DNA of 43,771 bases, from assembly GCA_019683665.1 (NCBI GenBank), contig JADGIB010000001.1, positions 1 through 43,771 on the forward strand, read 5' to 3'. Made by a program: the position numbers and the translations under genes. The stretch comes from Solirubrobacteraceae bacterium (GTDB taxonomy: Bacteria; Actinomycetota; Thermoleophilia; Solirubrobacterales; Solirubrobacteraceae). Below are positions 7,690 to 17,797 of the stretch, one piece after another. The notes below the pieces were generated by a model. It searched no databases. It worked only from the letters and a program-made list of their open reading frames with translations, and was not told where the DNA came from. Positions within the stretch are counted from its first letter, which is position 1. Each line of letters begins with the position of its first letter.

Positions 7690-9292
7690 GAGCTGACTCT
7701 CCTCTGTGGGTTCGCGTGATCAGGTCGTAGAGCTCGCCCGCGCGGTCGCGTCCGTCGTGGGGGTCGAACGCGGTGATCGCCGCGATGTGGGCGTCCGGGC
7801 GCACGAGAACGAGCGTGTCGTCGCCGACGCCGAGGCGCCTGCGCAGCCGCTCGCCGGGATCGAACAGCGCGCGGTCGCGCAGGCCGCTGTCGTGCGGGGC
7901 GTCCCAGCGGCTGACGACGAAGCGCCGCAGCCCGGGCTGCTGGTCGGCCGCCAGCGCCGGCCGGCGGCGGGCGTCGGTGAAGTGCAGGGCGACGACGTGG
8001 TCGGCGACGAGGTCGTGGAGGTGGACGGCCCCGCCGTCCGGGCCGAAGACCGGGAGGTCGGGCGCCCGGTCGCCGGTGCGCACGGGCACCGGCGCGTCGC
8101 CGGTCTTGACCATCGACCAGTCGCCGGTCCCGTCGACGTCGAGGCTGACCCCGAGCAGCGCCCGGGTGAAGGCGTTGCCCCAGTTGCCGTCGGTCATCGC
8201 CTCGACCGGGCCCGAGCGCCGGCCCATGTACGCGCGGGCCGCCTCGGCCATCTCGCCCGAGCCCTTGATCGCGACCGGCGCCTGCTCGGTCTCGTAGGCC
8301 TCCAGCAGCGACGGGTCGGCCCATCCGCGCAGGACCCAGGCCAGCCGCCAGGGCAGGTTCGACGCGTCGAGCACGCCGGTGTTCAGGCCGAGCGCCCACA
8401 TCGGCGTGATGAGGTGGGCGGCGTCGCCCATGAGGAAGATCCGGCCGTCGCGCCAGCGGTCGGCGACGCGGTGGTGGACCGTGTAGACGTTCGTCCCGGC
8501 GACCTCGAGGCGGTCGACGTCGCCGATGAAGCGGTGCGCCTTGGCCACCAGCTCGTCGCGGTCGGGCTCGGGGCGGCCGGGCGGGAGCGGGTAGAGGAAC
8601 CGCCAGCAGTGGGGCTGGCGGACGAGGATCATCCACTCCTCGGGGTCGCCGAAGTAGGCCAGGTACGGGTAGTCGCGCGGGTTGTCGACGTCGAGGTCGA
8701 CGAGCAGGTCGACGAGCATGTAGCGCTCCTCGAGGGTGCGGCCCGAGACCTTGATCCCGAGCTCCTGGCGCACCCCGGAGCGGCCGCCGTCGCAGGCGAG
8801 CAGGTAGGCGGCCTCGATCGTCCGGTCGCCGTCGGGCGTCGAGACCCGCAGCGCGATGCGGTCGTCGTGCTGCTCGAAGCCGGTGAGGCGGTGGCGGAGC
8901 CGCAGCGCCCCGGGGGCGACGCGCTCGAGCGCGTCGGCGAGGACCGGCTCCAGCTCGTGCTGGGGGATGTTGATGACGAACGGGAAGCGGGTGTCCTCGG
9001 TCAGCTCCGCCGTGTAGACGCTGCGGCGCGCGGTGTTCGTGGCCCGGTCGAGGTCGCCGATCTCGTCGATGCGCAGCGAGGCGGCGAGCACGTCGTCGAG
9101 CGCGCGGTAGCGGTGCAGCACCTCGAGCGTGCGCGTGAGGATCGTCCCGGCCTTCGTGTCGAGCGAGAGGCGGTCGTCCTCCTCGAGGACGACGACCGGG
9201 ACGTCGTAGCGCGCGAGCCCGAGCGCGGTGATGAGCCCGACCGGGCCCGCGCCGACGATCACGACGGGGAGGTCGACGCGCGGCTCAGTCAT
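7676..9292 (-). CDS. FAD-dependent aromatic monooxygenase (MhpA/PheA-like, with C-terminal thioredoxin-like domain)
   Basis: VIVGAGPVG, ACDGGRSGVR, GRIFLMGDAAH...GLNTGVLDASNL, GDRAPD, LVRPDAHI. Confidence 0.9.
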   Translation of the reverse strand: MTEPRVDLPVVIVGAGPVGLITALGLARYDVPVVVLEEDDRLSLDTKAGTILTRTLEVLHRYRALDDVLAASLRIDEIGDLDRATNTARRSVYTAELTEDTRFPFVINIPQHELEPVLADALERVAPGALRLRHRLTGFEQHDDRIALRVSTPDGDRTIEAAYLLACDGGRSGVRQELGIKVSGRTLEERYMLVDLLVDLDVDNPRDYPYLAYFGDPEEWMILVRQPHCWRFLYPLPPGRPEPDRDELVAKAHRFIGDVDRLEVAGTNVYTVHHRVADRWRDGRIFLMGDAAHLITPMWALGLNTGVLDASNLPWRLAWVLRGWADPSLLEAYETEQAPVAIKGSGEMAEAARAYMGRRSGPVEAMTDGNWGNAFTRALLGVSLDVDGTGDWSMVKTGDAPVPVRTGDRAPDLPVFGPDGGAVHLHDLVADHVVALHFTDARRRPALAADQQPGLRRFVVSRWDAPHDSGLRDRALFDPGERLRRRLGVGDDTLVLVRPDAHIAAITAFDPHDGRDRAGELYDLITRTHRGESAHGKR

Positions 9293-10013
9293 GCGGGTAC
9301 GCGCGGTCGCGGGTGAGCGTCGAGCCGGTCATGGTGGCAGCCTCCGACAGCAGGAACAGCAGCGGGCCGACGACGTCCTCGGGCGTCCCGATCCCGGTCG
9401 TCCGCTCCCAGTGCTCGCGCTCGCCGCCGGACGGGTTCGCGGCCCGGAACTGCGGCGTGTCGATGACACCGGGGAAGACGGTGTTGACGCGGATGCGGTG
9501 CTCGGCGACCTCGGCGGCCAGGGACTTGGCGTACGAGATCAGCGCCCCCTTGCTCGCCGCGTACGCGGAGGCCTGGGCGCGCCCCATGTGGGCGAGGCCG
9601 GAGGCGAAGACGAGGATGGCGCCGCGGCGCGCGGCGATCATCGACGGCAGCACCGCCTGGCAGCACCAGTGGACCCCGTCGAGGTTCACGGCGAGGGTCC
9701 GCCGCCACGTCTCCGGGTCCATGTCGGCGACGTCGACGCGCGGCTGGACGGCGGCGCCGGCCACGAGCGCGTCGATGCGCCCGTGGCGGTCGAGGACGCC
9801 GCGGACCGCCGCGGCCACGGCGTCGCGGTCGGCGACGTCGACGGCGTGCTGCTCGATGCGCGGCCGGCCGTCGAGGTCGGCGGCGGGCCGGACGTCGAAG
9901 ACGACGGACGTGCCGCCGGCCTCGGCGTAGCCGCGGGCGAGGGCGGCGCCGATGCCGCTCCCGCCGCCGGTCACGACGAGCACCTCGCCGGCGGCGTCGA
10001 AGCTCGCCTTCAC
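9285..10013 (-). CDS. SDR family oxidoreductase
   Basis: VVTGGGSGIG, YAASKG, RVNTVFPG. GTG start overlaps the Ldh_2 stop codon (GTGA). Confidence 0.9.
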   Translation of the reverse strand: MKASFDAAGEVLVVTGGGSGIGAALARGYAEAGGTSVVFDVRPAADLDGRPRIEQHAVDVADRDAVAAAVRGVLDRHGRIDALVAGAAVQPRVDVADMDPETWRRTLAVNLDGVHWCCQAVLPSMIAARRGAILVFASGLAHMGRAQASAYAASKGALISYAKSLAAEVAEHRIRVNTVFPGVIDTPQFRAANPSGGEREHWERTTGIGTPEDVVGPLLFLLSEAATMTGSTLTRDRAYPHD

Positions 10014-11080
10014 TGGCTGACCTCCTTCGGTGGGAGTTCCACGCCGAGCTCGGCCGCCGTCCGCTCCAGCGCCTCGAGGACGCTGCGGTCGACGGCCACG
10101 CCGGAGGCGGACGCCTCGCGATGGCGCTCGGCCTCGAGCTGGCCGGGCAGCAGGAGCCGCTCGACGCCGGGCGCGCGGCGGCCGCCGGTCACCTGGGCGA
10201 AGAGCTCCTCGGCCCGGCTCGCGAACGCGTCGGGCGCCAGCCCGAACCGGGCCGGGTCCAGCGCCAGGAAGCAGTGGGCGCAGTCGTTCGGCGTGGCGGT
10301 GTCGGCGTAGAGGCCCTGGACCGCGGCGCCGAACGCGCCGCCGGAGAGGACGCCGGTCAGCACGTCGATCATGAGCGCGAGGCCGTAGCCCTTGTGGCCG
10401 GCGGCGGGCAGCAGCATCCCGGCCACGGCGGCCTCGGGGTCGGTCGTCGGGCGCCCGTCGGCGTCGGTGGCCCAGGTGGGCGGGATCTCGCGCCCCTCCT
10501 GGGCGGCGAGCCGGATCTTGCCGAGCGCGGCCTCCGACAGCGCCATGTCGAGCACGACCGGCTCCCCGCCGGCGCGCGGGACGCCGATCGCCAGCGGGTT
10601 GTTGCCGACGACGGGCTGGGCGCCGCCGGGCGCGGGCATGAGCGGCCGCGTGTTCGCGGCGGCGATGCCGATGCACCCGTCGAGCGCGGCGGCCCGGGCG
10701 AACCGGGCGGCGGCGCCGAAGTGGAAGGCGCGGCGGACGACGACGGCCCCGGCGCCGAGCTCGTGGGCCTTGGCGACGGCCAGCGCCATCGCCTGGTCGC
10801 CGGTGAGGACGCCCATCGCGTGGCCGGCGTCGAGGACGGCGACGGCGCCGGCGTCGACGACGACCTCGGCGCGCTCCGCGGTGGTGACCGACCCGCGGCG
10901 CAGCCGGTCGACGTACATCGGCGTCAGCATCGCGCCGTGGGACGGGATGCCGCGCAGGTCGGCGTCGACGAGCGCCTCGGCGACCGTCGCGGCGGCGCGG
11001 TCGGAGAGGCCGGCGGCGGCGAAGACGCGCGTGAGGCCGGCCGTGAGCCAGCGGGGGGTGACGGAGGGCGTCGAGGACAT
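10010..11080 (-). CDS. Ldh_2 family (type 2 malate/L-lactate dehydrogenase; AllD/ComC-like) oxidoreductase
   Basis: ADLRGIPSHG, HFGAAA, GNNPLAIG, LDMALS, GHKGYGLAL, LPGQLE. Confidence 0.92.
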   Translation of the reverse strand: MSSTPSVTPRWLTAGLTRVFAAAGLSDRAAATVAEALVDADLRGIPSHGAMLTPMYVDRLRRGSVTTAERAEVVVDAGAVAVLDAGHAMGVLTGDQAMALAVAKAHELGAGAVVVRRAFHFGAAARFARAAALDGCIGIAAANTRPLMPAPGGAQPVVGNNPLAIGVPRAGGEPVVLDMALSEAALGKIRLAAQEGREIPPTWATDADGRPTTDPEAAVAGMLLPAAGHKGYGLALMIDVLTGVLSGGAFGAAVQGLYADTATPNDCAHCFLALDPARFGLAPDAFASRAEELFAQVTGGRRAPGVERLLLPGQLEAERHREASASGVAVDRSVLEALERTAAELGVELPPKEVSQ

Positions 11081-11119
11081 GGGCCGAGGCGTGATCCGGG
11101 TGTGTCTCAGTCCGTGAAC

Positions 11120-11149
11120 ACCTTATCGTTTATCAAATCTCGGTACCGT
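11120..11149. promoter_or_regulatory. Divergent promoter region with candidate GntR operator
   Basis: AT-rich tract between divergent genes. Plus-strand TACCGT at 11144-11149 and minus-strand TAAGGT at 11125-11120. ATCGTTTATCAAAT (11125-11138) resembles ATCTATGATCAAAT (4818-4831). Confidence 0.5.
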
Positions 11150-11165
11150 TGCCGAACCGATCCCC

Positions 11166-12053
11166 ATGCCCGGCATCGACTTCCACACCCACCTCGCCCC
11201 GCTCGTCGACGGGCCGCGCCGCGGCCCCGAGCGGCTCTACGACCCCGACGCGCTCGTCGCCGACCTCGACCGCCTCGACCTCGACGCGGCGGTCGTGTCG
11301 ATCCCGCCCCCGTTCTTCCGCCAGGAGCTCGACGCCGCGGGCGCCGCGGCCTGGGCCCGGGAGGCGAACGAGGGCCTCCTGCGCGCGATCGGGGACCGCG
11401 ACCGCCTCCTGGCGCTCGCCTACCTCCCGCTCGAGCACCCCGGCGTCGCCGCCGGCGAGTACGCGCGCGTCCGCGCCGACGAGCGCTTCGCCGGCGTCGT
11501 CGGCAGCGCCGGCGGCGGGTCGGCGTCGATGGCGGACCCGGCGCTCGAGCCGCTGTGGTCCGCGCTGTCGGCCGACCGGCGGCTCGTCCTGCTGCACCCG
11601 GGCGCCTCGCCGGACCCCCGGCTGGAGGCGTTCTACCTCCACAACCTCCTCGGCAACCCGGTCGAGACCGCGGTCGCCGTCGGGCAGCTCGTCTTCGGCG
11701 ACGTCCTGCGCCGCCACCCGGGCATGCGGGTCGTGCTCGTCCACTGCGGCGGGGCCGTCCCCGGCCTCGTCGGCCGCTGGCAGCGCGGGTTCGACACGTC
11801 GCGCCCCGGGGTCTCCACCGACGCCGAGCCGCCGCGCGAGGCGGTGCGCCGGCTGTGGACCGACTGCCTGGCGCACGACCCCGCGCTCGTCGACCACGCC
11901 GCCGAGACGTTCGGCGAGGACCACCTCCTGCTCGGCAGCGACTGGCCGTTCCCGATGGGCACCGACGACCCCGCCGGCCAGATCGCCCACCGCGGCGAGG
12001 CGTTCGTCCGGCGGGTCGCGGTCGACAACGCCCGCGCCGCGCTCGGCCGCTGA
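11166..12053 (+). CDS. Amidohydrolase_2 family protein, aminocarboxymuconate-semialdehyde decarboxylase (ACMSD)-like
   Basis: IDFHTH, LLHPG, LLGNPVETAVA, HCGGAVP, LLLGSDWPFPMG. Confidence 0.85.
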   Translation: MPGIDFHTHLAPLVDGPRRGPERLYDPDALVADLDRLDLDAAVVSIPPPFFRQELDAAGAAAWAREANEGLLRAIGDRDRLLALAYLPLEHPGVAAGEYARVRADERFAGVVGSAGGGSASMADPALEPLWSALSADRRLVLLHPGASPDPRLEAFYLHNLLGNPVETAVAVGQLVFGDVLRRHPGMRVVLVHCGGAVPGLVGRWQRGFDTSRPGVSTDAEPPREAVRRLWTDCLAHDPALVDHAAETFGEDHLLLGSDWPFPMGTDDPAGQIAHRGEAFVRRVAVDNARAALGR

Positions 12054-12092
12054 GCCGGGCGCCGCGGGCCTCCGCGGGCGGGCCGCCGGCCG

Positions 12093-13490
12093 CTACGCCG
12101 CCCGGTCGAGCACCGCGACGCACTCGATGTGGGGCGTCTGCGGGAACATGTCGACCGGGCGCACGCGGCGCAGGGCGTAGCCGGCCTCGACGAGCTGGGC
12201 CGCGTTCGGCGCCAGCGTCGTCGGGTTGCAGGAGACGTAGACGATCCGCTTCGGGGCCGCCTCGATGAGCCGGCGAACGATCTTCTGCGACAGGCCCGCG
12301 CGCGGCGGGTCGACGACGATGACGTCCGGGCGGCCGGCCCGCTCGACGAGCTCGCGCATCGACGTGCGCACGTCGCCGGCGAAGAAGCGGGCGTTGCGGA
12401 CGTCGTTGGCGCGGGCGCTGTTGATCGCGTCGGCGACCGCCTCCTCGACGATCTCCACGCCCCACACCTCGCCGGCGCGCGGGGCGAGCGACAGGCCGAT
12501 CGTGCCGATCCCGCAGAACAGGTCGTAGACCCGCTCGAAGCCGGTCAGCGCCGCGTACTCGCCCGCGACCGCGTAGAGGCGCTCGGCCATCTCGGTGTTC
12601 GTCTGGAAGAACGCCTCGGGCGAGATCGCGAACGTCAGCCCGCACAGCTCCTCCTCGAGCGCGGGCACCCCGGCCAGCAGCGTCGTCTCGCCGCCGGCGG
12701 TCGTCTCGGCGAGCTGGTCGGTCCGCGTCCAGAACAGGCCCTCGCAGTCGACGGCGGCGACGAGCGACTCGACGTCGAGCGCGTCGTCGGGGGCCGGGCC
12801 GGTGACGAGGCGGACCTGGAGCTGGCCGGTGCGCCGGCCCTCGCGCACGACGAGGTTGCGCAGCCGCAGCCCCGGATGCGGCTCGCGGTTGCGGCGCCGG
12901 TCGAGCGCCTGCAGCCCCTGCGCGCGGGCCCACTCGAGGACGGCGCGGCGGGCGGCGTCGGCGCGCTCGGAGATGAGCAGGCACGCGTCCATCGGGGCGA
13001 CGAGGTCCCAGCGGCCGGGCGGGTGGAAGCCGAGGTGGAGCGTGCCGTCCTCGTCGGCGCCGAACGAGAACTCGGCCTTGTTGCGGTAGCGCCACGGCTG
13101 CTCGGCGGGCACGATCGGCTCCAGCGCGAAGCCGTCGAGGCGCCCGAGGCGGCGCAGCGCGTCCTCGACCTGCTCGGTCTTGATCTCGAGCTGGCGCTCG
13201 TACGGGAGCACCTGCCACGGCGCGCCCGGGTGGTCGGCGACCGGGGCGATCCGGTCGGGGCTCGGCTCGAGCACCTCGAGCGCGCGCGCCTCCCCGTACT
13301 GGCGCTTGCGCTTCGTGACGACGGCGCGGACCCGGTCGCCCGGGATCGCCCCGGTGACGAACAGGACGTACCCGTCGAGGCGCGCGACGCCCTTGCCGCC
13401 GAAGGCGAGCGCGTCGACCGTCAGCTCGACCTCGGCGCGCAGGTCGGGGCGCGGCGGGCGCGCGGCGGTGTCGGGGGTCGAGGCCTCCAC
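12093..13490 (-). CDS. rlmD: 23S rRNA (uracil-5)-methyltransferase RlmD/RumA with TRAM domain
   Basis: TRAM N-terminus, YRNK, AFFQTN, DLFCGIGTIG, VDPPRAGL, YVSCNP, DMFPQTPHIE. Leaderless TAGCCT-N7-GTG start. Confidence 0.93.
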   Translation of the reverse strand: MEASTPDTAARPPRPDLRAEVELTVDALAFGGKGVARLDGYVLFVTGAIPGDRVRAVVTKRKRQYGEARALEVLEPSPDRIAPVADHPGAPWQVLPYERQLEIKTEQVEDALRRLGRLDGFALEPIVPAEQPWRYRNKAEFSFGADEDGTLHLGFHPPGRWDLVAPMDACLLISERADAARRAVLEWARAQGLQALDRRRNREPHPGLRLRNLVVREGRRTGQLQVRLVTGPAPDDALDVESLVAAVDCEGLFWTRTDQLAETTAGGETTLLAGVPALEEELCGLTFAISPEAFFQTNTEMAERLYAVAGEYAALTGFERVYDLFCGIGTIGLSLAPRAGEVWGVEIVEEAVADAINSARANDVRNARFFAGDVRTSMRELVERAGRPDVIVVDPPRAGLSQKIVRRLIEAAPKRIVYVSCNPTTLAPNAAQLVEAGYALRRVRPVDMFPQTPHIECVAVLDRAA

Positions 13491-13517
13491 CCTCCGCAGG
13501 CTAGCCGCGCGGCCCGG

Positions 13518-14390
13518 TCAGGAGACGAGCAGCTCCAGCAGCGCCTTCTGGGCGTGGCGGCGGTTCTCGGCCTGGTCCCAGATCCGCTGGCGCTCGCCGT
13601 ACATGACCTCGGCGGTGATCTCCTCGCCCGGGTGCGCGGGCAGGTCGTGGAGCGCGATCGCGCCGGGCGCGGCGAGGTCGAGGAGCGCGTCGTCGACCCG
13701 GTAGGCGGCGAGGTCGCGGCGGCGCTGCTCGGCGGTCGCCTCGTCGCCCATCGACACCCACACGTCGGTGTAGACGGCGTTCGCGCCGCGGACGGCCTCG
13801 GCCGGGTCCTCGACGAGCGTCGCGCCCGCGGTCGGCTCGAGCTGGTAGCCGGGCGGCGAGGCGATCGCGACCTCGACGCCGGCCAGGCCGCCGAGGATCG
13901 CCAGCGAGCGGGCGACGTTGTTGCCGTCGCCGACGTAGGCGAGCTTCAGCCCCTCCAGGCGGCCGAACGCCTCGCGCAGCGTCACGAGGTCGGCGAGCGC
14001 CTGGCACGGGTGGTGGCGGGCGGTGAGCATGTTGATGACCGGCACCGACGCCCAGCGCGCGAGCTCCTCGACGAGCTCGTCGGGGCCGGTGCGGATGCCG
14101 ATCGCCGCCACGTGGCGGGAGAGGACGAGCGCGGTGTCGCGCGGCGACTCGCCCCGGGAGAGCTGCATCTCGTCGGGGCGCAGGACGAGGGCGTGGCCGC
14201 CGAGCTCGAAGATCCCCGCCTCGAACGAGACGCGGGTGCGGGTCGAGGGCTTCTGGAAGATGAGCGCGACGCTGCGGCCCTCGAGCGGGCGGGCGGCCAG
14301 CGGCGCGGCCTTCATCTCGAGCGCGCGCTCGACGAGCGCGGCGACCTCGTCGCGCGTGAGCTCGGCGCCGGTGAGCAGGTGTCGGGCCAT
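13518..14390 (-). CDS. argF: Ornithine carbamoyltransferase
   Basis: FQKPSTRTRVSFE, HPCQALAD, GDGNNV, YTDVWVSMG, LHDLPAH, QAENR. Confidence 0.95.
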   Translation of the reverse strand: MARHLLTGAELTRDEVAALVERALEMKAAPLAARPLEGRSVALIFQKPSTRTRVSFEAGIFELGGHALVLRPDEMQLSRGESPRDTALVLSRHVAAIGIRTGPDELVEELARWASVPVINMLTARHHPCQALADLVTLREAFGRLEGLKLAYVGDGNNVARSLAILGGLAGVEVAIASPPGYQLEPTAGATLVEDPAEAVRGANAVYTDVWVSMGDEATAEQRRRDLAAYRVDDALLDLAAPGAIALHDLPAHPGEEITAEVMYGERQRIWDQAENRRHAQKALLELLVS

Positions 14391-14416
14391 GGGCAGGGCG
14401 GGGAGGATACGCAGGC

Positions 14417-15067
14417 GTGCGCGTCCTCACCTGGAACCTCTTCCACGGGCGGTCGGTCCCCCCGGCCGGCCGCGACCTGCTCGACGCGTTCGCGGCCGCC
14501 CTCGCCGGCTGGGAGTGGGACGTGGCGCTCCTGCAGGAGGTGCCGCCGTGGTGGCCGGCGCGCCTGCCGGCCGACGACCACGACGTCGTCCTCACCTCGC
14601 GCAACGCGCTGCTGCCGCTGCGCCGCGCGCTCGCGCAGCGGTGGCCGGACCTCGTGAAGTCCCACGGCGGCGGCGCGAACGCGATCCTCGTGCGGGGCGG
14701 CGCGATCGCCGCCCGCGCCCAGGTGCGCCTGCGCTGCCGGCCCGAGCGGCGGGTCGCCCACGGGGTCCGCGTCGGCGACACGTGGATCGTGAACCTCCAC
14801 GCCAGCGCGCACGTGCCCGCGCGGGCGCAGGCGGACCTACGCCTGGCCGCCGCGCACGCGCTGCGGTGGGCGGGCGGCCGCCCGCTCGTCCTCGGCGGCG
14901 ACGTGAACCTCCGCGCCCCGCGCCTGGACGGCTTCGCCCACGCGGGCGGCCACGGCGTCGACCACCTGTTCGCCCGCGGCCTGGCGCCGGGCGGGCTGCG
15001 GCGGCTCGAGCGCGGCGGCCTGTCGGACCACGTGCCGCTGCTGGCGACGCTCAGCCCGACGACGTGA
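14417..15067 (+). CDS. Endonuclease/exonuclease/phosphatase (EEP) family protein
   Basis: RVLTWNL, LLQEV, NLH, LGGDVN, VDHLF, SDHVPL. Confidence 0.88.
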   Translation: MRVLTWNLFHGRSVPPAGRDLLDAFAAALAGWEWDVALLQEVPPWWPARLPADDHDVVLTSRNALLPLRRALAQRWPDLVKSHGGGANAILVRGGAIAARAQVRLRCRPERRVAHGVRVGDTWIVNLHASAHVPARAQADLRLAAAHALRWAGGRPLVLGGDVNLRAPRLDGFAHAGGHGVDHLFARGLAPGGLRRLERGGLSDHVPLLATLSPTT

Positions 15068-16250
15068 CCGGCTCGCCGGCACCGATGCGGCGGGTGGCGG
15101 CGAGGACGGCGAGCGCGGCCGCGCCGAGCCCGGCGCCGACGATCGACACGCCGGTCCACCCGTCCAGCGCCCACGCGGCGGCGGCCGCGAGCGTCCCGGC
15201 GGTGCCGCCCAGGAAGTAGCTGACCATGTAGGCGGTCGTCAGCCGCCCGCGCGCCTCCGGGTGCAGGGCGTAGATCGCCGACTGGTTGGCGATGTGCTGG
15301 CCCTGGATCGCGAGGTCGAAGAGGACGATCCCGGCGATGAGCGCGGCCAGCGACGAGCGCCCGGCCGCGAGCAGGCCCCAGGAGGCGACGACGAGGACGA
15401 GGAACCCGGCGAGGACGGTGCGGCCGTGGCCGCGGTCGGCCCAGCGGCCCGCCTGCGGCGCGATCAGGATGCCGGCGAGCCCGGCGATCCCGAACAGGCC
15501 GATGACCCCCTCGCTGTAGCCGTAGGGCGGGTCGCCGAGCAGGAACGCGAGCGCCGTCCACAGCAGCGAGAAGCCCGCCATCGCCAGCGCGCCGAGCGCC
15601 ATCCGCTGGCGCAGGACCGGCTCGGTGCGCACGAGCGTGAGGATCGAGCGCAGCAGCGCCCCGTACGGGATCCGCTCGGCCGGCTCGACGCGCGGCAGCG
15701 CGCGGCGCAGGACGAGCGCGAGCGTCAGCGTCAGCGCCGCGCCGAGCGCGAACACGAGCCGCCAGCCGCCGAGCTCGGCCAGCCCGCCGGCGACGGTGCG
15801 CGCGGCGAGGATGCCGACGAGCAGGCCGCTCATGACGATGCCGACGACGCGGCCGCGCTCGCCGGGGCCGGCGAGCAGCGAGGCGAGCGGGACGACCATC
15901 TGCGCGACCGCGGCGGTGAGGCCGAGCGCGAGGAGGGCGACGAGCAGCGCCGCCATCGAGGGCGCGGCCGCGCACGCGGCACCGGCCAGGCCGGTGGCGG
16001 CGAGGACGCGGACGATGAGCCCGCGGCGCTCGTGGCGGTCGGCGAGCGGCACGAGGAACGCGAGGCCGAGGACGTACCCGGCCTGGACGGCGGTGACGAG
16101 CAGCCCGGCCGCCGCCTGCGAGGTGCCGAAGCCGTCGGCGATCTCGTTCAGCAGCGGCGTGACGTACCAGAGGTTGGCGACCGTCGCCCCGCAGGTCAGC
16201 GCGAGCAGCGCGACGAGCCGTCGTGGCATCCGCGGCGGGTCGGTGGGCAC
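15051..16250 (-). CDS. MFS transporter (YnfM/YdeR-like)
   Basis: ANLWYVTPLL, LADRHERRGL motif A, multiple hydrophobic helices. Start placed at GTG 16250 after TACCGT-N7 (alternative ATG 16229). Confidence 0.88.
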   Translation of the reverse strand: MPTDPPRMPRRLVALLALTCGATVANLWYVTPLLNEIADGFGTSQAAAGLLVTAVQAGYVLGLAFLVPLADRHERRGLIVRVLAATGLAGAACAAAPSMAALLVALLALGLTAAVAQMVVPLASLLAGPGERGRVVGIVMSGLLVGILAARTVAGGLAELGGWRLVFALGAALTLTLALVLRRALPRVEPAERIPYGALLRSILTLVRTEPVLRQRMALGALAMAGFSLLWTALAFLLGDPPYGYSEGVIGLFGIAGLAGILIAPQAGRWADRGHGRTVLAGFLVLVVASWGLLAAGRSSLAALIAGIVLFDLAIQGQHIANQSAIYALHPEARGRLTTAYMVSYFLGGTAGTLAAAAAWALDGWTGVSIVGAGLGAAALAVLAATRRIGAGEPVTSSG

Positions 16251-16324
16251 GCCCCCCACGGTAGGCGCCCGCGCGCCGCGGCCGGTGGCCCCGCGACCCC
16301 CCGGAACGGCCCCGGGCCGGCGCC

Positions 16325-16800
16325 TCAGTCCCGGATGCCGAAGCCGCGGAGCATGAGCAGCGCCCGCTCGCCGATCGTCCCCGCCTTCGGCAGCACCCCG
16401 AGCTGGACGGCGGCGGCGTAGGCGTCGTAGAACGCCCGCACCCGCCACAGCGCCTCGCCGTCCGGGGTCAGCTCGCAGTAGAGGACGGCGTGCAGGGCGA
16501 TCGCGCGGTTCGTGGCGGGCAGGCGCGCGACCTCGCCGCGATGGGTCCCGGTGACGCGCACGGGCGCGGCCACGAAGCGGCCGTCGGTCAACCGGGCGCC
16601 GGCCGTCTCGACCGCCGCGTCCGGGAACGCCGCCCACATCCGGGCCGCGTGGCCGGCGAGCGCGTCGAGGCCGACGAGCGGGCCGCCGCTGACCGGGTCC
16701 TCGTAGTGGACGTCCGGCGCGCAGCAGCCGGCGAAGGCATAGCGGTCGCGGCCGGCGAACGCGGCCTGGAACGCGTCGACGAGCGCGTCGACGCCGGCCA

Positions 16801-16801
<1 letters not shown>
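16325..16801 (-). CDS. SnoaL-like/NTF2-fold ester cyclase family protein
   Basis: FAGCCAPDVHYEDP...AAFPD...TGTHRG...PATNR...FYD pattern. 1-nt TGATG overlap with thiG. Confidence 0.8.

Positions 16802-17793
<992 letters not shown>

Positions 17794-17797
<4 letters not shown>

Noticed and set aside
15051-15067. 17-nt convergent overlap of the EEP and MFS genes
   Set aside because: Short 3' overlaps are common in compact GC-rich genomes, and nothing else suggests a function.
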